Shown in pieces: positions 18,077 through 25,014 of a stretch of 64,000 nt of DNA. Each line of letters starts with the position of its first letter. Position 1 is the stretch's first letter. The DNA lies in contig JBBQKJ010000001.1 of assembly GCA_038326775.1 (NCBI GenBank), forward strand, positions 71,510-135,509, given 5' to 3'. Under the pieces are notes generated by a model. That model was not told the DNA's origin. It saw only the letters and a program-made list of their open reading frames with translations, and searched no databases. Source of the stretch: Candidatus Geothermincolia bacterium. GTDB lineage: Bacteria; Actinomycetota; Geothermincolia; Fen-727; Anoxymicrobiaceae. The translations under genes and the position numbers were made by a program.

Positions 18077-18997
18077 ATGAGTGGAAGAGTGATAGAGCTT
18101 GCCGAACTGAGCAGTCCGGAGATAGACGCCCTCGACCCCGCGAAGACGCTGTTCGTGATGGCGATGAGCCCCCTCGAGGTCCACGGCCCGCATCTCCCGC
18201 TCGGCACCGACGTCCGGGTGGCGGAGGAGCTCAAGGGCCGCGCGATAGCCAGGGTCGCCGAGCGCCACCCGGAGTTTGATTTCGTGGTCTTTCCGTCGTG
18301 CTACGTGGGGAGCGACACAATTCCGCGCTCGGTCGAGGTAGACAGCCGGGCCATCTACTACATCCTCAAGGCCAGCGGTGAGTTCCTCGCCGACCGGGGG
18401 TTTTACTACCTGCTGGTGCTTGACAACCACGGGGGCCCGCGGCACCAGATAGCGACCGCCAAGGCTGTCGTAAAGCTCTACAGCAAGCGCGGGTTCCACA
18501 TCATCGCCCCGTTCTTGTCGTTCTTCCGCAGGATGGTAGACCTTGACCCTGAGCTCGTGGAGCGCATCGGCGCGGGCCGGGGCGCCTGCGGCGACGTCGA
18601 GGACTCTCATGCCGGCCTCAATGAAACTTCCCTCATGCTCTGCGCGTACCCGGACTCCGTGCGCTCGGAGTACAAGGGTCTGCAACGTACCGCCATCAAC
18701 CCCCGCCGGTGGCCCGGCCTCCTGCTGGGCCTGCTCGGGCGCGGGCTGCGAGCGCTGGGTCTCGAGGAGATTGGTGGCGATATTCGATACGCCGGGGTCC
18801 TGCTCTCGTGGGTGACCATGAAGAACCCTCCCACGTACATCGGCGAGCCGCGCGCCGCGACACCGGAAGCCGGAGACCGCATGTTCGATGCCCACAGCGA
18901 CGAGGCGGCGGAGTTGGTGGAAGCGGCATTGCGAGGCGATCCCCCGTACAGCACCCCCATAGGCTGGTCGCTCCGCTTCATCGAGCCCAGCCGCTAG
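18077..18997 (+). CDS. Creatininase-family amidohydrolase, 306 aa.
   Basis: Signature ...MSPLEVHGPHLPLGTD... and the downstream HGG/His-rich pattern of the creatininase fold. Confidence 0.75.
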   Translation: MSGRVIELAELSSPEIDALDPAKTLFVMAMSPLEVHGPHLPLGTDVRVAEELKGRAIARVAERHPEFDFVVFPSCYVGSDTIPRSVEVDSRAIYYILKASGEFLADRGFYYLLVLDNHGGPRHQIATAKAVVKLYSKRGFHIIAPFLSFFRRMVDLDPELVERIGAGRGACGDVEDSHAGLNETSLMLCAYPDSVRSEYKGLQRTAINPRRWPGLLLGLLGRGLRALGLEEIGGDIRYAGVLLSWVTMKNPPTYIGEPRAATPEAGDRMFDAHSDEAAELVEAALRGDPPYSTPIGWSLRFIEPSR

Positions 18998-19006
18998 CCC
19001 GACATT

Positions 19007-19143
19007 CATGCTGGGGTCAGACACCTTGACATGAATTTTAGTCGGCTTTTCATGTGTCTCAAGGTGTCTGACCCCGGTGATGCTTTGCGAAAATGCAAGA
19101 AAGTGACCTGACCCCAATGTTACATATTGATTGAAATAGCGGG
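19007..19143. repeat. Palindromic intergenic repeat element, copy A (about 137 bp): arm GGGGTCAGACACCTTGACATGAATTT and its inverted copy, then a conserved tail AGTGACCTGACCCCAATGTTACAT...ATAGCG.
   Basis: About 80 percent identical over about 135 bp to 48246..48383. Nested inverted repeats read from the sequence. Lies between the creatininase gene and tRNA-His. Confidence 0.6.
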
Positions 19144-19223
19144 TCGAAAGCTCTATCTTTTATCTTGTTCTTATAGACACATTTGTGGGGCAGGCGCGTT
19201 AGACCCCATGGAGATATTCTCGC

Positions 19224-19301
19224 GGTGGACGTAGCTCAGTAGGTTAGAGCGCCGGGTTGTGGCCCCGGAGGTCGGGGGTTCGAGTCCCCTCGTTCACCCC
19301 A
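19224..19301 (+). tRNA. tRNA-His (anticodon GTG) with the His-specific extra 5' G(-1) and discriminator C.
   Basis: Manual cloverleaf: G-1 + GTGGACG/CGTTCAC acceptor, D-arm GCTC-AGTAGGTT-AGAGC, anticodon stem CCGGG/CCCGG with loop TTGTGGC, T-arm GGGGG-TTCGAGT-CCCCT, 3' CCCA. Confidence 0.85.
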
Positions 19302-19433
19302 ACGCTCGGGGTACTGGTTCACCCTAAGGTTGATATGCTCCCTCGCTACCCCCATCGTGGAGTATCTCTTGTTTGATGCGAGCGTGACGATGGGGACCCC
19401 GGCCACCTTATTGATGTCTTAGGGAGCAAACGA

Positions 19434-19775
19434 TTACTCCGCGCCCTCGCTCCTGTAGATGATCACGTGAGCGTCGCTCAAGGTCACCAGGCCCTCGGTT
19501 ACAAGCTCGTCGATCGCCGGGAGGACCGAGTTTATCCGCTCCTCTTTGTCGATGACCCAGATCACGATCGGCAGGTCCTCGGACATCCGCAAGACGGCTG
19601 CCGTGTGTATCCGGCTCGTCTTTCCGAACCCTTCTATTCCACGCAGAACTGTCGCGCCGGCCATCCCATGCTCGCGAAGCTTCTCAACGAGCACCTGGTA
19701 TAGAGGACGGTGGTGGTACCTGTCGCCTTCACCCACGTATATGGTTAACTGCTTCGCGTCTCCCTCGACCTTCAT
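19434..19775 (-). CDS. DUF190-domain protein (crcB-associated family), 113 aa.
   Basis: Characteristic N-terminus MK.EG.A..LTIYVGE.D......LY..LV..LRE.G.AGATVLRGIEGFG. Confidence 0.7.
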   Translation of the reverse strand: MKVEGDAKQLTIYVGEGDRYHHRPLYQVLVEKLREHGMAGATVLRGIEGFGKTSRIHTAAVLRMSEDLPIVIWVIDKEERINSVLPAIDELVTEGLVTLSDAHVIIYRSEGAE

Positions 19776-19927
19776 GAGGGCCCCCTTTCAAAGCAGCCGA
19801 CCACGTTGACCACGAGAGTCCCGTATGGAAACACTCCGTGACCAATGCGAGATACCAGGGTGCTCAGCCAGTACCGCCCGCCGGCGCCGATCATTCCCCC
19901 GGCGCACAAATAAATATAGTTGTTCAT
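19772..19927 (-). pseudogene. crcB: Truncated crcB (fluoride channel) remnant: 51 codons covering the first TM with the GG..GA..RY...FP.GTL.VNV.GCF motif. It stops where a full CrcB (about 120 aa) would continue, and its stop overlaps the DUF190 start (ATGA).
   Basis: Manual translation of the minus strand: MNNYIYLCAGGMIGAGGRYWLSTLVSRIGHGVFPYGTLVVNVVGCFERGPS*. Confidence 0.45.
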
Positions 19928-20089
19928 CAAACCTCATGAACGCACCCATGTTCGTCTCGGTGGAATGGGGCCTCCTGCTGCTGACCCCTCCTTAACGGTA
20001 ATTGAACTTCGCTCTGTGAACACGTATATAATCTGTCCCGGCGGATGGAAGCCCAGTTTGGCGGCTGTCCGAAAAGGCACACGAGGAGC

Positions 20090-21538
20090 ATGCTTGTGAG
20101 TGGCGCACCGGTATTGCCTCAAATGGAAAAGTCGATGCCACCGGGGCTTTTCAGCCGCATTCTCTCGTTTGCTCCCGCCCTCAAGGGCCTGCCGGCAACG
20201 TTGAGCAACGAGGAGGTGGAAGGCCTTCTCTTCTTCCTCCCCGGGGACACCGCGGACGCCTTGCGGTACCTGCTGAAGCCCGGTATCAGGGACGCGAGCC
20301 TCCTTTTCATAAACACCCTCCTTGGCTTCTTCGAGGAGGTCGCGGCCGCGAAGCGCGAGGGCAAAAAGGTGATCCTGACCGCGTTCAACTTCCCACCCGA
20401 GCTTATTCACGCGTTCAACAACGCGGCTGTGGTGACGAGCGAGGTCATCACCACGTTCGGGGTCATGACTCTTCAAGGCCAGGGCGAAAGATACTGGGAC
20501 TACGCCATCGGGCTGGGTTTGCCCGACCACCTGTGCTCGGCCAGCACAATAGAGGTGGGCTCAATGATCGCAGGGGGAGAGTACCCTCCCGACGCCATCA
20601 TCATCTCCGCGGCGGGAAGCTGCGACGCGAACGCCAAGGTCCACCAGTTCCTGGCCTATTACCTGGGCATCCCCGAGTTTGTTATAGACAAGCAGCCCGA
20701 CGACTCGGACAGGGGCCTCGAGGCTTTCAAGCGGGGCTACATGCGACTGGTAGCCGAGCTCGAGGAGTTTATCGGCGAGGAGCTCGACCTCGAGAACCTG
20801 CGCCGGGTCGCCGAGAACACCAACCGCTGCACCGAGCTCTACTACGAGCTCTGGGAGCTGCGAAAGCACACGCCCTGCCCGGTCCCCGGCATCTTCTCGC
20901 CTTTCACCTACGGCAACCGCTTCACCATGTGGGGCAGGGCCGAGGGCGTCGCGCTCCTCGATAAGTGCGTCGAGACAGCGAAGAGCAACCTCGAGGAAGG
21001 CCGGTTCCCGGTCCCGGATGAGAAGGCGCGCGTCTACTGGACTTACGTCAGCCATTACTTCGATGTCCTCAACTTCTTCGGGTGGATGGAGGAGCAGGGG
21101 ATCTCTTACATGGGCGACCTGGTCCTGCTGTGCTTCCCGCGCCCCATCTCGCTCGAGTCGAAGGAGTCCATCCTCAACGGCATGGCCGAGACGGCCTGGG
21201 ACATGTTCATGACCCGCCAGATGGGCTCGGAGATAATGTCGGCCCGGTGGGTGGAAGACCTCCTCTACATCATCAGGGAGCTCAAGGTCGACTGCTGCGT
21301 CTACTGCGGGCACCACTCGTGCAAACAGACATGGAGCGTCTTCTCACTGGTCAGCAACGAGGTGATGAAACGGGCGGGTGTGCCCACCCTGTGCCTCTAC
21401 GGCGATTCCTGGATAAAGAGGGTGACGCCGGTGACGATGCTCCAGGAAGATATCAAGAGGTTCATGGATAACGTGGTCGTCAAGGCAGGCAGGGGTCGCT
21501 GGTCGCGGCCGATCGCCGCGAGCCGGGGAGGTAAGTGA
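20090..21538 (+). CDS. 2-hydroxyacyl-CoA dehydratase / benzoyl-CoA reductase (HAD/BCR) family subunit, HgdAB/BcrB-like. Paralog of 42145..43641 and 43655..45058.
   Basis: Collinear similarity to the two downstream paralogs (LFDR...P..MS.EE..G..., K.ILT.FNFPPE.IHAF.N, GL.PDHLCSA..IE.GSM, ...CG.HSCKQTWSV...). GGAGG RBS before the ATG at 20090; the track ORF starts earlier, at 20045. Confidence 0.7.
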   Translation: MLVSGAPVLPQMEKSMPPGLFSRILSFAPALKGLPATLSNEEVEGLLFFLPGDTADALRYLLKPGIRDASLLFINTLLGFFEEVAAAKREGKKVILTAFNFPPELIHAFNNAAVVTSEVITTFGVMTLQGQGERYWDYAIGLGLPDHLCSASTIEVGSMIAGGEYPPDAIIISAAGSCDANAKVHQFLAYYLGIPEFVIDKQPDDSDRGLEAFKRGYMRLVAELEEFIGEELDLENLRRVAENTNRCTELYYELWELRKHTPCPVPGIFSPFTYGNRFTMWGRAEGVALLDKCVETAKSNLEEGRFPVPDEKARVYWTYVSHYFDVLNFFGWMEEQGISYMGDLVLLCFPRPISLESKESILNGMAETAWDMFMTRQMGSEIMSARWVEDLLYIIRELKVDCCVYCGHHSCKQTWSVFSLVSNEVMKRAGVPTLCLYGDSWIKRVTPVTMLQEDIKRFMDNVVVKAGRGRWSRPIAASRGGK

Positions 21539-21583
21539 TTGACCCGAGCGAAGAGTTGCAGCACTCGTAAGGGGAGGGTCCGC

Positions 21584-22816
21584 ATGAGCAGCTTCGAGTT
21601 ATTCCCATGCTCCGGGCACAGGCTTGCCGACCTGGACAGGGCACTCGCGACCAGCTTGAACGAGATGCTGGAGAAAGAGGTCAGGAGCAGGCGGCTCGAG
21701 CTGAAAGAGGACTATGAGGGTTTGCTGAGACCGGCGCTCGAGCGGCTTCTGGCGGATGTCGGTCTGCAGAGGGTGTTCTGGGACGAGTCCCTCGGCGGAG
21801 AGGGTCACAACGGGCCCGAGGCGGCCTTCACCGTGGCCGCCGCCCTCGAGCAGGTCGGATGGGCCGACACCGGGCTCGCGTTTGTCGCGGCCCACAGCCT
21901 GGCTCTGCAGGCGTCGATGGCGGGTGTGGGTGGGGCTGGAGCAGCCGCCTGCTCGCGGTTCGCGCCGCTCTTCTGCGCAAACGGCCCGCCGGTATTGGTG
22001 GCGTTCGTCCTGCCTGGGTATTCCGAGGCCGACGGTCCGACCTGGAAGGGCAGGTCCCTGCAGGTCGAGTCGCGCAGGGAGGACAAGGAGCTGGTCCTGA
22101 AAGGCGAGATGGTTCGCCCGACCTGCTCGGGCGCCGACGCCGACCTCTTCGGGGTGCTCTGCGCCCTGGAAGGGGCCGAGGAGCCCGCTTTCGTGCTGGT
22201 CCCGGGTGACGCGGCCGGGCTCGTGCGGGGGCCCGTGTTCAAGAAGACCGGGCTCGCGGCCAGCCTGAATGCCGACCTCCGCTTTGATTCGGTCCGGGTG
22301 CCGGTGGAGAACCTCATATGGAGCTCGGAGGAAGGCACGCATCTGCTCCTCTCCTGGTACTACCTCGGACTGGCCGCTGCCGGGGCAGGCTCGCTGATCG
22401 CCAGCTACGAGATACTCAAGGAATGGGGGGACACCCGGGTCATAAAGGGGAAGGGGAGCATATTCAAGGAGAACCCTCTCACCGCCGCGTTGATGGGGAA
22501 AGTGGCGGGGGACGTGGCGCTGGCCCGCGCGCTAGCCTACTGGCTGGCCGGGTTGCTGGCCGAGCCGGACTCCTTTGTTTCGGACGGCATCCAGGGCGCC
22601 TGGACCATCGCTTCGATGGTCGCCCAGCGGATCTACGCCACGGCCGAGCAGTGCCTCCACAACACTATGGAGCTTATGGCATCAGCGGGGTACGCCAGTG
22701 AGTGGCAGCTCGAGCGTTACTGGCGCGACCTTAAGACCGTGCAGTGCTGCCTGGGCTCCCAGGAGCTCGCGAACATAGACGTGGCACGGCGTTTCTACGA
22801 CTGCAAGACGCTTTGA
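21584..22816 (+). CDS. Acyl-CoA dehydrogenase-fold protein, degenerate 'alpha-type' partner, 410 aa. Paralog of 35744..36976.
   Basis: AAGGGGAGGG RBS. ACAD-like C-terminal helices (RYWRDLKTVQ..LGSQEL...VAR). The middle-domain TEP..GSD substrate/FAD motif is replaced (VLPGYSEADG). Confidence 0.6.
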   Translation: MSSFELFPCSGHRLADLDRALATSLNEMLEKEVRSRRLELKEDYEGLLRPALERLLADVGLQRVFWDESLGGEGHNGPEAAFTVAAALEQVGWADTGLAFVAAHSLALQASMAGVGGAGAAACSRFAPLFCANGPPVLVAFVLPGYSEADGPTWKGRSLQVESRREDKELVLKGEMVRPTCSGADADLFGVLCALEGAEEPAFVLVPGDAAGLVRGPVFKKTGLAASLNADLRFDSVRVPVENLIWSSEEGTHLLLSWYYLGLAAAGAGSLIASYEILKEWGDTRVIKGKGSIFKENPLTAALMGKVAGDVALARALAYWLAGLLAEPDSFVSDGIQGAWTIASMVAQRIYATAEQCLHNTMELMASAGYASEWQLERYWRDLKTVQCCLGSQELANIDVARRFYDCKTL

Positions 22817-22832
22817 TGGAGGTGCGCGCGTT

Positions 22833-24098
22833 ATGAGGACCATTGACGATTTCACCCGGCCCCTGGAGTACATATCCCCGATTGACAAAACCCTGGGCAA
22901 CATATTTCGCGAGTGGGTGAACAATGAGGTCATTCCCAACCGGCGCCTCTACGACGAGGACTGGAAAGAGCACAAGCTCATCGGCGAGCCGTTCAAGAAA
23001 CTCCTTGTGGATTACGGCATCCAGCGAATCCTGTTCCCCGAGGACCTGGGCGGCTGGGGCCTCGGGCATTCCGGTGTGCTGTGCAGCGCTTCCCAGCGGA
23101 TGTTCGAGGAGATAGCGCGCGCGGACTCGGGGATGGCGGTAGCTTTCGGGGTCGTCTTCTGGCCCCTGGTGTTCATCACGGTGGAGCCCCACGTCAACCG
23201 TCGCCTCTGCGAGGAGTTCGCCCCGCTTTACATGCGGGACAAACCGGTCTTCGCCGCGCTTGCGATGACCGAGCCGCAGGGCGGCTCCGACATCGAGAAC
23301 GTGGATGTGTTGAAGGGCAGCACCATCGAGACCACCGCTGTCCGGGACAAAGACGAGTGGGTCATCAACGGCCACAAGCTCTGGGCCACCAACACCGGCG
23401 GCGTGGCGGAGCTGCTCGGTGTTGTGTGCACCACCAACCCGGGCTCGAGAGATCCCGACGACATCGCGGTGATATTCGTGCCTACCGACCTGCCCGGGGT
23501 CACCCAGGGGCCACCGTACGAGAAAGCGGGAATGGCCGCCGACAAGAACGGCGACGTCTGGTTCGAGGACGTTCGGGTGCCGCTGTGGTACCGCGCCTGC
23601 GGCCCGGGCGATGACGCGAAGTACTACAACGAGGTGGTCGCGCTCGGCCACATGGGGAGCATCGGCTTCGCCGTCGGGGTCATGATGAACGTGTATGAGA
23701 AGCTGCAGGAGTTCGTGAACCTGAAGCGCCACAGGGGCAAGCCGCTAAAGGAGAACGACGCCATCGCCGGGGTGCTCGCCGACTACGCCGCAACCCTTCA
23801 GGCACTCAGGATAATCGCCTACCAGGCCGCGCGGATGTGCGACCGGCAGGACCTCTACGGCCCGCGCTGGAGCCACGAGGTAGTGGCAAAGACGAGGGCC
23901 CTGCGTTACTTCGCGATGGACCGCTGCCTGGAGATGCTGGGCAAGGCTATGAACGTGATGGAAACGTACGGCGCCGACCGCGACTGGGATGTCGAGAAGC
24001 ACTGGCGCGACGTGAAGATGGTACAGCTCTGGCTCGGGGGCAAGCAGCTCTGTCAGATGGAGGTCGCCCGCTGGTTCTTCGAGTGCGAGACGCTCTAA
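22833..24098 (+). CDS. Acyl-CoA dehydrogenase family protein ('beta-type'), 421 aa. Paralog of 37031..38296.
   Basis: ACAD middle-domain motifs ALAMTEPQGGSD, EWVINGHKLWATN, PGVT.G....K.GMAAD...DV.FEDVRVP. At the usual YEG(T) catalytic-Glu position the sequence reads VQLWLGGKQL. Confidence 0.7.
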   Translation: MRTIDDFTRPLEYISPIDKTLGNIFREWVNNEVIPNRRLYDEDWKEHKLIGEPFKKLLVDYGIQRILFPEDLGGWGLGHSGVLCSASQRMFEEIARADSGMAVAFGVVFWPLVFITVEPHVNRRLCEEFAPLYMRDKPVFAALAMTEPQGGSDIENVDVLKGSTIETTAVRDKDEWVINGHKLWATNTGGVAELLGVVCTTNPGSRDPDDIAVIFVPTDLPGVTQGPPYEKAGMAADKNGDVWFEDVRVPLWYRACGPGDDAKYYNEVVALGHMGSIGFAVGVMMNVYEKLQEFVNLKRHRGKPLKENDAIAGVLADYAATLQALRIIAYQAARMCDRQDLYGPRWSHEVVAKTRALRYFAMDRCLEMLGKAMNVMETYGADRDWDVEKHWRDVKMVQLWLGGKQLCQMEVARWFFECETL

Positions 24099-24171
24099 GA
24101 ATGCCGTCGGTGAAATCAGTCAAGGATGCCGGTTCCCGAAAAGCAGAAGTCTATCACGCGGGCAGACCGCC

Positions 24172-24846
24172 TCACTGGTCCTTGTCCCAGCCTTTCTTCT
24201 TTATGAACTCGACCGCGCGATCTCTTACGTGGTCGACAAGCTCGCGGATGACCTGGGCGGCCTCCTCGGCCTTCCGGTTGTGAAAGTGATCGGTTGCCGC
24301 GGCAAAGTAACTTACATTGCTCTTCAGCTTTTTCTTCTCCATGGTGAGTGCCGCGTACTGGACTCTGCTGACTAAAGGCCATATGTCGAGCAGGATCTGT
24401 TCGAGCAGGGGGTTCTTGGTGGCCTTCAGGGAGATAACCAGGTACTGGACTGTCGCTTCGAGGTAGCCCGGGATATCACCGTGCTCCGCGGCGTCGCGGA
24501 GCTCCCGGATAGCGATTCGCTGCTTCTGGAAATCCTCTTCGTCCCCGTTCTCGACGCCCCTTCTCGCGACAAGCGCCAGCAGCTCTTTTAACACGTCGCA
24601 CAAGCGCTCGATTCCTGGAATGGACATCGGCGCTACACTGGCGCCACGCCTGGGAAGGATCTCCACAAGCCGCATTCTCTCAAGTATCCGCAACGCTTCA
24701 CGCACGGGAGCGCGGCTCACACCCAGATCCGACGCAAGCCTGGTCTCGATCAGTCTCTCTCCCGGGCTCAGCTCCATCCTGATTATCCGCTGGCTCAAAT
24801 ACTGCGCAATCTGCTCCGAGAGATTGTCAGAGGCCTGGAATTCCAC
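24172..24846 (-). CDS. GntR-family transcriptional regulator (FadR/FCD-like C-terminal domain), 224 aa, divergent from the GRE operon.
   Basis: N-terminal winged-HTH pattern (...L.PGERL.E..LA..LGVSR.PVREAL..LE..) typical of GntR regulators. Confidence 0.8.
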   Translation of the reverse strand: MEFQASDNLSEQIAQYLSQRIIRMELSPGERLIETRLASDLGVSRAPVREALRILERMRLVEILPRRGASVAPMSIPGIERLCDVLKELLALVARRGVENGDEEDFQKQRIAIRELRDAAEHGDIPGYLEATVQYLVISLKATKNPLLEQILLDIWPLVSRVQYAALTMEKKKLKSNVSYFAAATDHFHNRKAEEAAQVIRELVDHVRDRAVEFIKKKGWDKDQ

Positions 24847-24936
24847 CGTTGGTCTCCAATTCGTTATTGTTGCGACTCTATTCTAATCGTTGACCCGGCC
24901 ACGCGGCATCCCGGCGTGAGAAGCACGGCAACTCTA

Positions 24937-24973
24937 TTGACAAAGAACATACATATTGTATATTGTCGACAAT
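24937..24973 (+). promoter_or_regulatory. Putative sigma70-like promoter of the GRE operon (TTGACA at 24937-24942, 16-nt spacer, TATATT at 24959-24964) overlapped by two palindromic operator candidates: ATACATATTGTAT (24949-24961) and ATTGTCGACAAT (24962-24973).
   Basis: Hexamers and palindromes read from the sequence. Located in the divergent GntR/GRE intergenic region about 50 nt upstream of the GRE1 start. Confidence 0.4.
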
Positions 24974-25014
24974 TGAGGGGGAAGCTGGCACCTGGTGCAA
25001 AGGGGATGGTCTGT

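Noticed and set aside
17258-19117. A 619-aa minus-strand ORF spanning the creatininase gene region.
   Set aside because: Only the last 256 codons (17258..18028) form a coherent ZIP-transporter sequence with its own GGGGAG RBS. The upstream 360 codons are antisense to the well-supported creatininase gene and have the Arg/Ala/Gly-rich composition typical of high-GC antisense artefacts.
19928-20089. Fluoride (crcB-motif) riboswitch upstream of the crcB remnant.
   Set aside because: The reverse-complement upstream region does not contain the conserved riboswitch core, no ...AACCGCC... or ...CUGAUGAU.CCUAC-like segment. The superficially similar GGTGGAATGGGGCC stretch is on the wrong strand.
20045-20089. 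Upstream ATG (20045) as the start of the first HAD/BCR subunit.
   Set aside because: The ATG at 20090 has a GGAGG RBS at proper spacing and aligns better with the N-termini of the two paralogs. The earlier ATG is kept only as an alternative.
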